Below the pieces are notes generated by a model, which searched no databases, was not told the origin of the DNA, and saw only the letters and a list, made by a program, of their open reading frames with translations. The position numbers and the translations under genes are program-made. DNA of 63,902 bases, the filler included, from Stramenopiles sp. TOSAG23-6 (lineage: Eukaryota), in NCBI GenBank assembly GCA_900128565.1. It is 3 parts of 3 records of this genome, joined end to end, with 100 filler letters (N's around TTAATTAATTAA, not from the genome) between each part and the next. Parts side by side here need not be neighbours in the genome. Positions count along the whole stretch, not along the records: positions 1 to 24,646 come from LT636002.1; positions 24,747 to 49,286 come from LT636003.1; 1 more part is not named here. One strand, written 5' to 3'. How positions within the stretch are numbered: the stretch's first letter is position 1; every line of letters starts with the position of its first letter. Shown here in pieces: positions 22,652-36,700 of the stretch.

Positions 22652-24646
22652 TTAACTTGAGACCACTATTTTCTTTATGATTTCACCATTTGTTAATTCT
22701 GTTGTAGTTTTATTCTTTTTGATTTCACCATTTGTTAATTCTGTTGTAGTTTTACTCTTTTTCTTTTTCGTTTCACCATTTGTTAATTCTTTTGTAGTTT
22801 TACTCCGGTTGCGTTTTCTTGCCTGACCTCGTTTTCCTTTATGAGAATATGTTTTATATGGCTTCTTTGCTTCAACTTTTGGAAGTTCCCATTTGGATAA
22901 TTCAGCATAAGTTGATATTGCATCTCTCGATGGATACGATGAGATCGGATTACTTTCTTGAGCCTTGACAACTCCAGTCATCGCAAAAGAGATTGAGTCG
23001 TTTTCAGAAGATGAAGACGTTGACATTGAATCGCTTGTTACGACTCCTTCAGATGTTTGGGATACATCGGGTGACTTCCATACAGAGTTGTATACACCGT
23101 AAAAAATAGAACTATCGCGGGATATACATTCATCAAATCCAGGACCTCCATATAACTTTGCAGGATTTTTAAAACGCCAATGCCATCGAGTAGGCCATTG
23201 AACATGAGGTTTTTCACCCGCCCATTGAAGCCATTCTTGTCTTTCAGCTGGACCCCATTTAAGATTATGATTACTATAACAACATCCAGGACTAGGTAAG
23301 ACGATAGTACCATATCGAGCAGCAGTAAGACTTGCATCAGGTTCAGCAATTGTTTGCCGTTCCCAATAATTGCACTGACCCCAGACATATTGTGGTCCAT
23401 GTATTTTGGAAAAATATTTCAATTTTTTTTTTCAATTTGTTAGGTATAAAATTCCGTACGAAAAAAAAATTCATAGTAAAAAAAAAAATAAAACATACAT
23501 AACCTTTTGGTGCAACATTTGAATTATTTACAGGAAATGCCATCACTGTATCTCCGACGTCGCACTCCCGTAGTGTTACAGGAGGAGACACTACTCGTTT
23601 GAACGGCTTTGTTGTAAAAGAACATTTAGTTCTCGCATATAAATGAACAAGATCAGCTGCAGCAGCATGTGCAGGATTCTGCGATGCAAGAGATCGCAAA
23701 ACATCACGTATTAATACTAATTGTTGACGCATAGTAGAGACACCTTCAGCTGTTGGAGGATATACGACATCAGTGAGCTTACCTAAAATCAACCATTCAT
23801 TTGGTGGCGTATATTTTGAACAAGCGCTTAAAAGTCGCGCAATCATTGACACTTTTTCCTTTTTATCCCAGACCCCAGTAAGAATCTCCTTTGGTGTTAC
23901 ACGCCTGAGTGGACCAGTTTTATTTGATGTATCTTCCTGAACTACATGTTTAATCTTATCAAATGTAATGGCAAGATTTTGAACTCGATTATTAAATACT
24001 GTCGTTGCTTCCATTTCGGCAAAACTTCTAGGTAGTGGATAACCCGAAGCACGTGCAGCAATACATAACTCCGTGGGTAAATTATCTCTTTCTCTTTCAG
24101 CATAAGCAAGTATACTCGAACCCCATTTTTCTGCCCATTTTGGCAAACCATCTCTTGCGGCACCACCAACAGAAAATCCATGACGTACAAGTCGTTCGGC
24201 ATCAGACGATGATAGAGTTGGATTTTCACATGAATGAAGTATCGCACGAGTTCGTTCATATACTGTATGTTGTACAGCAAGAATTTGTTGAAACGCTTTG
24301 GAGTTCGAATAATATAAGAAACTACCACGACAACGTCTTGAGCCACAAAGACAAGCAGCAGCACGCCATTCATCAATACTTTCAGTTACAGAATTATAGT
24401 CAAAAGATAATTCTTCGCCATATTGTATATCTCTAAGCGTATACATTGCAATGACTAATCGATCTTTCACTGCCATTAATACAGTTGCACAATTTGGATC
24501 ACAACTATGACAAAGTCTAGATGCAAAATTACCACATGATATGTATTTTGGAAAAATATTTCAAAATGTTTTTTCGTTAGGTACAAAATTTTTTTACCAA
24601 AAAAAAAATAAATTCGATTTTTTTGTTAAAAAAAAAAAAACATACA
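22652..24646 (-). CDS. ATXR3: ATXR3/SDG2-like histone H3K4 SET methyltransferase, C-terminal part (5' lost in gap)
   Basis: GNFASRLCHSCDPNC, GEELSFDYNSVTES, CLCGSRRCRGSFL, NRVQNLAITFDKI, AAADLVHLYART and Y|GPQYVWGQ match the ATXR3 family pattern. Confidence 0.85.
23399..23498 (-). mobile_element. Introner-like intron, GT...AT, flanked by AT/AT
   Basis: ggt tat|GTATGT...TACCTAAC...AAAATACAT|gga cca caa restores YGPQYVWGQ. Confidence 0.88.
24541..24645 (-). mobile_element. Introner-like intron, GT...AT
   Basis: GTATGT...GTACCTAAC...GAAATATTTTTCCAAAATACAT|a tca tgt ggt aat ttt gca tct aga. The first AG after the branch motif falls inside the conserved SET motif. Confidence 0.85.
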
Positions 24647-24746
24647 NNNNNNNNNNNNNNNNNNNNNNNNNNNNNNNNNNNNNNNNNNNNTTAATTAATT
24701 AANNNNNNNNNNNNNNNNNNNNNNNNNNNNNNNNNNNNNNNNNNNN

Positions 24747-27700
24747 GATATGAAGATGGTGATTCTGAAAGAAGAGTTAAACGAAATTTGATTCGCTCAC
24801 TGGAAGAGAAAAATGTTGAAAATCATGTGGGTAATGGTCGTGATGATTTAGAGCAGAAGCAACTTTATGCCCTTGACAAATTTTATAGAGATAAAGATAT
24901 TCATCCTCGTATTGGTAAAGCAAAATCAGTTCTTAAAAAATTTAAAGGCCGTCTAGAAAAACTTTATTCCGGATTAGTGAGTAAGTATGGAAGTGCGCCA
25001 AGTATACTACTGGATACTCCAAGAAATATATCGAAACAAAATCATATTTTTCACAAAGGTGATAAAGTTGAAGCCGATTTTGAAGGTCGTGGGCGCTACT
25101 TCAAAGGCAAGATTAAAATGAAACACTCTGATGGTACATATGATGTAGCATACGATGATGGTGAAAGAGAGAGAAGAGTTAGAGCGGCACTTATACGTTC
25201 ACTTGATGAAAGGGCCATGTATTCACGGGAAAAGAAACAACGTCAGTCTCGCTCAAGTTCAAGATCAAGTTTCGGAAAGAAATCGAAATCTCGGTCAAGG
25301 AGCAGATCAAATTCTAGGTCTCGAGCTCGTCGAAGATCGTCATCAAGGTCAAGGTCTCGATCAATATCTAAGGGTGAACAATCTTTAAGAAATGGTGATT
25401 TAGTTTCAGCGAATTACTTAGAGAAGGGTAAATATTTTAATGGAAAAATTGTAATGGTACACAACAATGACACGTATGACATTCGATATAATGATGGAGA
25501 TTTTGAGCGCCGTGTTCATCGGAGGGACATTAAGCTCCGTAGTAAAAGGAGAAATCATTCTCGAGAAAGCCGAAAAAAAAATAGAAGACGAAGGTCTCTC
25601 TCTGAATCACGTTCTCGAAGTCGATCAAGTCGGTCTAATTCAAGATCAAGATCTCGAGGGCGTAAGCGTTGGCGTTCCAAAACCTACTCAAGTTCTCGAA
25701 GTCGTTCAAGAAGAAGTCGTTCAAGAAGTTTTTCAAGAAGTCGTTCAAGAAGCCATTCAAGGAGAAGTCGGTCAAGAAGTCATTCAAGAAGAAGTCGTTC
25801 AAGAAGTCGTTCAGTAAATTCCCAAAAATCTACAAAGTCAAACACTTCGAATTCTACTACCTCTTCTTTAAGATCTCAAAGTTCCTTCAAAGAAAATATT
25901 GAAATAGGTATGTTTGCACAAGTTCGGGAATACAATCGTAGAGGTCGCTGGTTAGAAGCAAAGATAACACGTGTACGATATGATGACACATTTGATGTGG
26001 AATACACAAAAACTCGGAGAAGCGAACGAAAAGTAGACCGATCTCGTATTAAAATACGCGAGCGTTCCTTGTCCAATGATTCTAGAAAATCAAAAAGCTC
26101 AGATTCGCAAGAATTATCAGATTCATCAGAGAGACTAAACAAATTTAGAATGTTTGAAAAAGTAAAAATTTATTTGGATCGTCGAGACAGACGAGTAGTT
26201 AAACCAAATTCGAGAAATGCGAAGAAATTTAATGGCACAATTGTAAAATTGAATTCTGATGGTACATTCGACGTTTCTATTCGAATACAGAAAAAAACAA
26301 AATCAACTGGTAAAATAAAATGGAAGAAAACAATAAAAAGCCATATTCGGAAGCAGTATATAAAGAAAGACCTCAAAAGTAAAGAATTGCGTCGTCCTTT
26401 GACACTGAAAGATTTGAAGAGGCGTTTAGGTTCTGATATGATTCGAGATTATCAAGCATTATTTGAAAAATACTCCTCATCTAAAAAGGGAAGAGAGGTA
26501 AAAATGACAACAACTGCATTGCAAAAGATTTTTATTCTTGCCGGTGTCCCCGAAAAATGGGCATTTGATCGTGCTTATCATTGGACATCGTCGTTTTCGG
26601 AGATTTCTGAAAACGACAAGAAGAAGAAAACTAAACATGAAATCAAGTTGGTGGATTTCATTCATGCAATTCGGTATCTTGAAGACCCATTAATGAAAGG
26701 TAAATTATTTCAGCGACTTCAACGGAAAACTAATGTAAGTATGGAATTAGAACCTGACAATTGGCATAATGAACAATGGGCATTAAGTATTGGGGAAGTA
26801 ACTTTAAAAGCTATAGAATCTGCGTTTGTACTTCATAGTATAATAAAAAAGAGTACATTAAGTAAACGTGGAAAAGAAAAGAAACTAAATTCAAACACCA
26901 AGGAATTAAAAGATAGCACGGATTCTTTGAGTAAGCGAAACGATAAAAAGTATATGAAAAAGAAGAAAGAATATAATAACGTAGCTACAGCCTCTAGTGA
27001 TTCTGATCAAGATGAGCACCTTCCCGTAAAATTAAGACTTCCTGTTCGTCGCTTACTCAATGTTCTGCTATTGGTTGCCCCAAATGATGACAGACTTACT
27101 TCTAGACGTATAAAGGAGTATGCTTCGTATACAGGGGTAAGTTTTGAGAAGGATGTACTTGCAATATCTGAATGTGCGAAGGCTTTTCATTACCTTTGTC
27201 TCGATGCAACCCTGTTTGGTGTAACTATTGGTGCTCTCCGCAACAGTCCAAGGAGGAGTAATACACATCCTGGATTTGTAGAGCCCCATGTTAAAAATGC
27301 ACTTCCTCCACTTTCGACTTTAGCGGCACATATATTTGCCGAACATGGACTCCGAGGTATTGCAAAGAACCCAGCTGCAACAGTGCGCCAACTATCTGTA
27401 GGGCGACCTCAGCCTCAAGTAGATGCTCTCATGCGTTTACTTACAGAATTTCAGACTCTAGATCCAGAAAAATTAGGCGAAATTCCAATCAGTCATGTGG
27501 GAACTATATTAAATGCAATGGGTTGGGACCCAAGGCCTCTGCGATCGCAAATATCCATATTTAATACACAAATATCTGCCATGGGATCTTCGCTATTTTC
27601 GCTTCCTGAATTTGTTTCTGCATTTGGATTTTTACTAGAGAAAGAAGGCGGTGATGGATTCACAGTTGCTTCTGCATTTGCATTCCTAAGAGTCCAACAA

Positions 27701-30700
27701 ATGCCAAGGGATGTGACCATAGCTGCAAATACAGCTCTGACATACATAAATAATATACTGAAACAACCAAAAAATGAATCTCTCTATGTTATAAATTCAC
27801 GCAATGCTGCTTTTGTAGATCGAATTGGCAAATTTGAAGGAGGTATTGCTCTCATGAATGCTATTGGTTTTCGGGGTGTGACTGATAGCGAAGGAAATCC
27901 ATGTATGCAATTTTATACGCGGGATATGAACTCTTCTACAATGCGTGAACTAAAAGCTAAGAAAGATCGCATACTTACCGAAATGGCAGTTGGAGATGGC
28001 GCTGAAAGTATTGCCGACGTTGTTCGAGTTGTCAGAGAAACGCATTCTGCTGATGAAGTACGCGAAGCTGTAGAGACATTAATTGAGTATGTAAATAATG
28101 TACTCCAGAATCCATCATCCTCTTCTGCTCTGAGTGTATCTTCAAGAAGTCCTTTATTTCAACAACGTATTGGACGATTACGAGGTGGAGATTTATTGAT
28201 GGGCGCGTGTGGATTCTACTTGATACCAGAGAAGAAACCACCAGTATATATTCTCAGAGGTGCAGGCATGTCACAATCGATTGAAAAGCAAATGTCTGAT
28301 ACAAATGATAAATCGCTTGAAATAAATGAAGAAGATGAAAAAAATGACACAAATCCTATAATTCCTGTGGTGAACAAGAGTAAAGATGCAGAGTTCAGAT
28401 TTCCTAGTTTAAAACTATACATGCGCCGTTTTTTAGGTTTACAGAAAGTTCGATTGCAACAAGAACTTAATCAGCTTCGCATCGAAGCTAGGTCAAAGTC
28501 TAAATCAAAACCTACAAAACCTTTATTACGATCAACGTACAGTTTTATTGTTGAAAGCGCACAAAAGAAGGTATTCTGTGCTGCTAGTGAAACGTATGAT
28601 GTGAAACCAGAATGGGGAGAAAAGAAAAAAACAGATCATCAAACGAAAGTTCAAAACAAGTTCAAAAAAATATTTCAACATTTGGAGAAAAAAACTTCTG
28701 GAAAACAATCCAATGATAAATCTAAAACATCAATGCAGGGCAAACCTGAAAACCGTAAACACGTTGAAGAAAAACATAATAATGAATCAAAGGAGGATCG
28801 CACAGACAAACAGAGTGAAAAAAATGCAGGTATTCCTCTAGGTTGTGTCTCATGTGATGTCTGGAAAGAAACTATAGAACAGGTTTGCCGAAGACATAAA
28901 AGCACTATTTTGAAGAATGAGGAAACCAATTCACTATCTGCATATTTAGACACAAATGGCAATGGGTACATTGTAATTAAACAATTCCTAAATTTCATCT
29001 TCAGTTACAATCCTTCAAATGAAATAGCCCCAGATATTGACAAAAAGAAAAACATAAATGATGGGATTATATACAATTCCGAAATTCGAGAATTAGGTGC
29101 AAAAGATCCCAAATACAAGAAATCTGTCGTTTTCTCGAATAATAATAATAAAAACCAAGATTCTCAGGGAAGTGATGATGATCTTCAATGGGTCGCAACA
29201 AATCCAGTACAGAAACAACAACTTGAAATGATTCGTAAAGCTTTTTTGTGCATTGATCTAAATAATGATGGTATAATTTCACAAGATGATTTAAAACAAT
29301 CATTTCAACAACGAGGCATTGCATCGTCGCCTGATGCAATCGCTCTTTGGATACGGGATAGAGATTTATCTGGGGACGGAACCGTTACATTTGATGAATT
29401 TGTTGCTTCATTTGGAGGTCTGCTTATGCCAACATTAGATGGTGGTGAAGTCAAACCAAAAGAAACACAAAATATTTCCGATTTGAAATCCAATGATTAT
29501 TATGAAATAGTTTCTGTAGTTCAGTATATCTTTTCAACAGTTCGCCTGACAAACTCTCTTGCGGCAACAGCCCGAGCAACTGAAACAGTTTTATCATGGA
29601 TTGATCGAATTCTACTTGCACCAAAAGTTAAGAAATATTGGAGTACTTCTTCATCGGATCCTACATTCGTGCGTGCATTTGCTGGATTAAATAGAGGAAT
29701 TTTACTACTTCGAGGTGTTGGTTTTGTTCCAGAACAAAATAAAACTGTGTGGGCTCTGTCTGACGTGCCAAGTGGTGAGGCAATAGAAAGTTGGGATGAT
29801 GAGCCTCCAGCGACTGTTATGGAAAGATTGCGACGCATTCGTCAAGAGTTGAGACTTCGACTGAAATTTATTAATCAACCGGATGTCGCAGATATGTCAC
29901 TATCTGTAGCAGTTGCATCCCTCGGAAGCGATGCTGATGATAGTTCAGTGATACAATGGTTATCTGTATGTGAATTTGCTCATGAAATGCTTATACGTAT
30001 ACTTCATGATAAAAGCGATAAAGCATTCAGAATTGAGATGAATTCACCAAAGTTTAAAAAAGCAATAGGGAAATCAGATGGAGGAATGAACTTGCTTATA
30101 GCGCTTGGTTTTCGCGAAGGTTTTGAAGGCGAACTAATTTATGATCTACCAAGAGAAATTGCTCATGCCCGTAAAGTAGAATTTGATGCTGGAATTGGCG
30201 CATTACGAAAAAGAGCTAAATTAGCTAGTGCCAGAATGTTAGAACGACTACAGAAAGAAAAGACAAATGATGTAACAAAGCAGAAGAAAGTATCAAAAAA
30301 GAAGAAATCAAAAGATATTGGTACACCCATGCCAACCATCGAAAATTCTTTGACAAAAAAAACAAAACTCACCGAAAAGAAAAACAAAAAGGTCGTTGAT
30401 ATAGATTCAAAAAAGTCACTAAAAAAGGATAAAGAAATTCTGCGGTTAAGAGATGAGGTTCAGCGTTTACAGACACAACTGCATCGAACACTTTTGCCCC
30501 GTGAGATTGCTGTACTAAACCGATTACCGCCCCGTAAGCGCAGTGCGTTTATCAAAGAAGCAACTGCAGCTGGTCTAGATATCGGATTAGACTTAACAGA
30601 TATGACAGATACTAAATCTGGAAAACCAAAGACCGGAAAATCTGCAAAGTCAAAAGCCTCCAATGCATCGCGGCAGGGAATGGGTAAAATGTCATTTTCT

Positions 30701-33700
30701 GTAGAAATTGTTAGCGAGATTCTCGATGAAATAATTTATTCTGTTGCTGTTGCTGGAGAAGATCGCATTTGGCATCGTGCTGCGCAACATGCATTTGAAT
30801 ATAGACAAGTTCCTCGTTCTATTTTCTCATCCTTTTCTATTTTTGATACCCGCCTTGAACATACTAGTGGAACTACGAAAGATTTTCCAAGTACAGTTAC
30901 AGCTCTTCCAGGATCAGGAAAAATAATTATTACACATTCAAAACACTTACATCGTCAAAGTGTAGATTCTTCTTCAGTACTTGTTTTAGATGAAGGTGTT
31001 CATGCTATAGTACAAGTTCGAAGGCATTTTAATTCATTACAAGATTTAAATAATGCTCAACGCCATCAAAATGATAATAAAATATGTGGAGTAGTAGGAC
31101 GACAGTTGTCATGTGCTATACTTAAAGATCCTCAATTAATGCCACATCCTGCAGTATCAATTCTTCAACAAAAACTCATTCAGAACACATCCAAGAAATT
31201 CACATGGAATGAAATTGCTAAGCTAATGTTCCCAAGTAATGAAGACATACAAGATGAAAAACGTACCACATTTTCATTTTTTCGAGGTGTATTCGAATCA
31301 TATGATATCGACAAGGATGGACGGCTGAATCTAGAGGAAGTTTGTTCACTTTGCCGTGAATTAGATGGAAGGGAACCTTCTGCCGAAGCACTAAAAAGTC
31401 TCAAATTTTTACCTGAACAGCGGGGAAAATATAATGAAAATATCACCAATCTTCGAGATCAGAGTAGTGACACAGTCGATTTCCTAAGCTTGTTTCAATG
31501 GCGCATATCTAATACCAATGCAACATCTGGTGATAATATCGCATATCTATTGGAAAGTCATCTGTATGACATATTCAAATCGTGTGATACCAAAGTAGTG
31601 ACAGAACATGAAGTTGTCAATAGATCAACATTTTTGCATACGGCACGCGAAGACAAAAACCTACTACGCATATTTTCGATGGTCCCCAAAGCCGAAGATA
31701 TTCTCACAGTCTTAGCAAAGGATAGAGATTTACACATGAAATGGTTGCAAGTCCGGCATAGTATTAATTTGGCCCTTGGAACTGGAAATAATATATTTTT
31801 GCGACAACCTTTAACACTCCAAGTTGAGTGTAGCGCAAATGAATCTTGTACTTGTGTACGAGAAACTGTAGTTAGTGATTTTAATTGTGAAATAATCTGT
31901 CTAATGACTGATGGTACAGTTCAGATGTGGGATGGCTTTAGCAATCGAAAAAAACGTTCCTTTCGTGTACTCGGTGGTGTGTTTTCAAGGACAAAGTTAG
32001 CTCGACAAGAATCTATTGCGGAGGTAAACACAGAGCTTCAAAGTTTACCTCACATCAAAGTGTTATCATGTGAAAGAGCAACTGGGGTTATAGCAATCAA
32101 CAGTGTATTTTTCAATGGTGTCATTCGTTTTTTTGACACGCAAACAGGAGAGATGTTATCAGGTATACGACCACGTGTACCAGGTACAGAAGAAGGAAGT
32201 CTCGGAATCGTTCAAAACGTTCAACCAATACTATTCAAGCACAATGTTGCCCTATGTTCAGTGGAGAAATCCTCGATTCTCTTTGTAGTTTCTGCAGACG
32301 ATGGAACTTTACTAGCAGAATTACAAGGTCATGGGGGAATTAATTTTACACCTGTGTTTTGTTATGTACCAGATGTGGGTCATGTAGTATCCGGAGGAAC
32401 TGGTGGGGGTGACTTTTCTCTGCGTATTTGGAATTTGAGTGGTGAATTGTTCTGGAGAATTTCTAGCCGCAAACGACGACGGTTGAGAGAATCCGGCATC
32501 GATTGGAATGAAAGAAAATTACTTCAAGATGCTATGGAAATTATTGTAAATGAATTTGTCGATACAAGAAACACCAACTCGCCGATGGAAAAGGATGAAA
32601 GTATAAACGCTTCAAGGATTGGAACTATCATTAGTGAAAATGAAACATGTGGTAGTGGTGTATGCATAAAGTATGATGACGGTGAAGTTGATACAGGTGT
32701 TTGGTATGATCGTCTATTGAACCCTTCGACACATGAAAATATTGATACACCTATATTAGGAGATAAAGTGTTGGTGATACCCAATCAACCACGACAGCAA
32801 TTCATGGGGCGTCTTTTATCAGAAATTGATACACTTGGTACTGGTGGTGCAACAAGGACAGGACTGAGAGATTTACTTATTAATCGCTTGGGATTACCTT
32901 TAACCGACGAACACATTACAGAGCTATTTGATTGTCTTGAAACTCAGACTTCAGAGGGACATATCAACTATTCTGATATGTTGCATTTAGCTCAATCATA
33001 CTATGGGGGAGCATACCTTCGTTGTCGAGGTCGCGTTGGAGACTCTGAGATATTCGGTCACTTGAAAAAACGAGTAGTCGCTGCAATGAAACCCCGAGGT
33101 GTTACACCTTCATTACTCTGGAAAACATTCCAATCCAATGATATTGATAATATTACCGTGTTATCCATAAAAATATTTTGCCGTTTGTTGCATACTGAGA
33201 CTGAATTAAAACTCTCAGATGCCGAACAGGAATGTATTTTAGCTCGTTATGGTCGATATAAAGACTCTGTCGTTTGTTATGGTGAATTTTGTGACTCCCT
33301 TGACAATTTTGCAAAACCACTTTTGCTACCATTTAAACGAGCAGTCACTGGTCATACAGCAGCGATAACTGCAATTGCATTCCTTCCAGTTGCAGGTCTT
33401 ATCGCTTCAGCATCATATGACGGAAGTGTTCGTTTATGGGATCCAATCACGAGACAACAAAGGCTAACTTTACCACCACATGTCATTCAAACAATTCCAC
33501 ATAGTGAGTCAATTCCACAATCACGATTTATTGGTGTTTCATGGGATCAAAAATCAAACTCTTGGCGTGCGACGTTGAAAACTCGTCGTGGCGATCATCG
33601 AGGGGAGACAAAGAAACGATGGTGGAAGGAACTCAAGTCTGGAAATGTTCGACCGCAAAATCATATTGGTGTATACAAATCAGAAATTGAAGCAGCTCGA

Positions 33701-36700
33701 GCATATGATGATGCAGCGCGTCACCATCATGGTCAGTATGCATTGACTAATTTTAATGAGGATGGTGCATTGCCTGTAGTTGAATGGACATCACTTCAAG
33801 CATACGACGAGTGTATGCGTATTGTCGAGCCATCAAAGGGTAAAGTTTGTACTGATTTAGCAGTATTTGCCGTTTCGACGGCAAAGACAACAACAGGTAT
33901 TGTGACCTCGGCTAAAATAAAACGGATTGCACATGCGATAGATATGGATAATGACGATACTTCGGTTCGTGGATATTTGTATTTGTATGAAGATGGTAGG
34001 CTTCTTGTCACTGAAGTTCCTCCAAAACATCGATTTGATTCTACGTACATTACATCACCACCCATTGCAAATACGTCAGTACAACTTCAAGATAAAGCAA
34101 ATGTTGCTATACGCCGAGTATTTTATATCACAATTCCTTCATCATCACTAAAAAGTATATCTACAGTCCAAGACCTACGCAATATGCTATTGGAGGCAAA
34201 TGTTGTACATCGTTCCCTAGAAGAAATAAAGCAAGTCTTGGTAAGTCCAAAGGTTCATATTGTAGCATTCTTCAAAGAGAACGATGGTCCCAGCCAAACT
34301 ATACCAGCAATTGAACTTGATTCGTTGAGTAATGTGTGTAAACAAGATGCCCCAGTTGGTGCTTTAGAATTTTTGACAGGAATTTTTATGATTAATAATA
34401 CTAAAGGTATTCAGAGGTGTACGTCTTGGGCTGTTGGCCGAACAACATTAAAGTCCGCAGCCTGTGAAGTAGATATCCCACAAACGAAGGAAATAATTGA
34501 TTCATCGAAGGCTTCTTTTCAGCATTATTGGCAAGCACAACTTGGACTTGCAAGAGCTCAATTATTATTCCGCCGCAAGTTGAAGTCGCAACAATCAATT
34601 GAAAAATGGAAATTATACCAGGAAATTGCTTCTCAATTCCATGCAGTGTCCGCTGCAGAAGGTCAAGCAAGTGATTCGAATTATAGAAGTATCTTCCAAA
34701 GGGCACTACGAGCACCCACACATAGTAATGTAGAAGCGACTGCTATAGATGCTGCAAAATATTTGTTTAATGCAGTATCATTAGGATGTACAATTGTCAG
34801 AAAGGGGGATATTTTACGAGCTTTAAAAACCCAACAAGGAAGTATTTGTGAAGCAATTGCTGTGGGTGATAAACTGTTTTCAAATATTATACCCTCCTCA
34901 CTAAGTATTCAGGATTTTTGTCAAATAGCACAAAAATCTTTGTTTAAACTTTTAAGTGCAAGCGAAATTTTGTCACTTCTAAGACAACATCGTAATGTTT
35001 TTGTGACTGCACAGAATGGTGGAGCTAATGTCGCAAGTGTAGTAGATACAAGTGTACATGCTTTAGGTCAAACAGGAACATTATTTGATGAAGATGCATT
35101 TTGTTTGTTGTTACGCGATACGAGCCCATTAAAAGTACTATCGGATAATGTTCAAGAAGTAGATATATGCACAAAAACTTGGGGCGAGGTTAAGGAAATA
35201 ACGAAATTCAACGGCGATAAAGAGCCATTGTCACCACTTGAAAATTATGCTAGAAGTATTTTATCCAATACATTGTCAAGTAAACTTTCTCTCATCGCCG
35301 ATGCTTTTGGAGCTCCTATACGAACCACATGTGATCAGGTAGTTCAAATGGTTCTTCAAGATGCATCTCTTGAGACGGTAGATTTGCAACAAAATATAAA
35401 TAGTAATGAATTCCCCGATCAAGAAGTTACAGATGACTTTATAGGTGACGGCTTGTTTTATTATTATGTTGCAACGGAGAGAATAATCCCGGAAAGATGT
35501 TCAATGAATATCGATCGCTGTGGATATGAAGCATGGGGATGGACTTCTTTAGAAGGCGAAGACAAAGGGACCGTGGCTACACATGCGTGTCTGGTGCAAG
35601 TTGATCCGAATAAACGAAGTCTCACAGGAATGTCACAGGAGAAAAGTCTTCATGAAATATTATCAGGTTGCACAACAATCGTTCCTCGTTTATTCACCAA
35701 TGCAAATCCCATGCCACATAACGAAAATGAGTTTTCATCTCGTTTTGTAGCAAAACACCAGCAAAGCCTTGGACCTATCTCTCACCGGTTACTCATGGAA
35801 CGATTCCATGGATTTGAGCCACTTCGAAGTGTATTGCCTTTACCAATACCAGCACATGTCGACACATTGAAACTATGGGGACGGCAAATATTACTAGCGA
35901 TGCAATCTTTCCACGAAAAAGATGTTGCGATGGGTCGAGGTTCTCTTAATCCTGACACATTATTAGTTAGTCCAGATGGCCTTCGACTTGTTCTTTCGTC
36001 ACTCAGTGCTGCCGCAGACGCGACAGCGGTGAGTGATTCAGCAATTCATGCTCAATCAAATGAAATGAAAAACATAGTAGAAAATGAGGCAATGCCCATA
36101 CCGGCACAATTTTGTGCTTTAGATGTTGCATTTTTTGGTTGTCTTCTTGTAGAAATTTTATCGGGGGCATCACCACCGATAGCATTGAAATTATCTGATT
36201 CTGCTCTACAGCTAGCTTTTGGAGCGGAGAGTAATGTATCAGATGATTCTAGTGAGATATTGGTTGCTCTACGTATGGCTGCACAAGCCGTAGCACCCAC
36301 TCAAATGTTGCTATCAAAGGGTAGATCAATTGTGTGTGCAACTTCGTTACCACCAGCGTCTGATTTAACTCCTTTAATTGATCCTAATTCGAAAACTTGG
36401 CGTCCTGCAGAGAGATTACCATCAAGTGTTTCTGGAGTATTACACATAATTGCATTGTGCCTTCAACAAGACTGGAAAAATAGGCCATCTATTAAAACAC
36501 TTTTATCTCATCCTTTTTTTAAAGCAAATAAGCAGAATATCAAAGTGTGTGCGACAACAATAGCACCACATATGCACTTTGCAGCAGGCCGAGCAGCACT
36601 GCAATGGGCTCGAAGCTATATAGTCAGTCCAATGCAAGCACTATTGGAACGTCATCGCTTATATGAAAAAATTGGCAATGTAAGTGGTTGGGTATATTTG

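Noticed and set aside
24647-24746. TTAATTAATTAA embedded in N-runs (also 49287-49386)
   Set aside because: A six-frame stop linker added during scaffolding, not biology. Adjacency across these gaps is uncertain.
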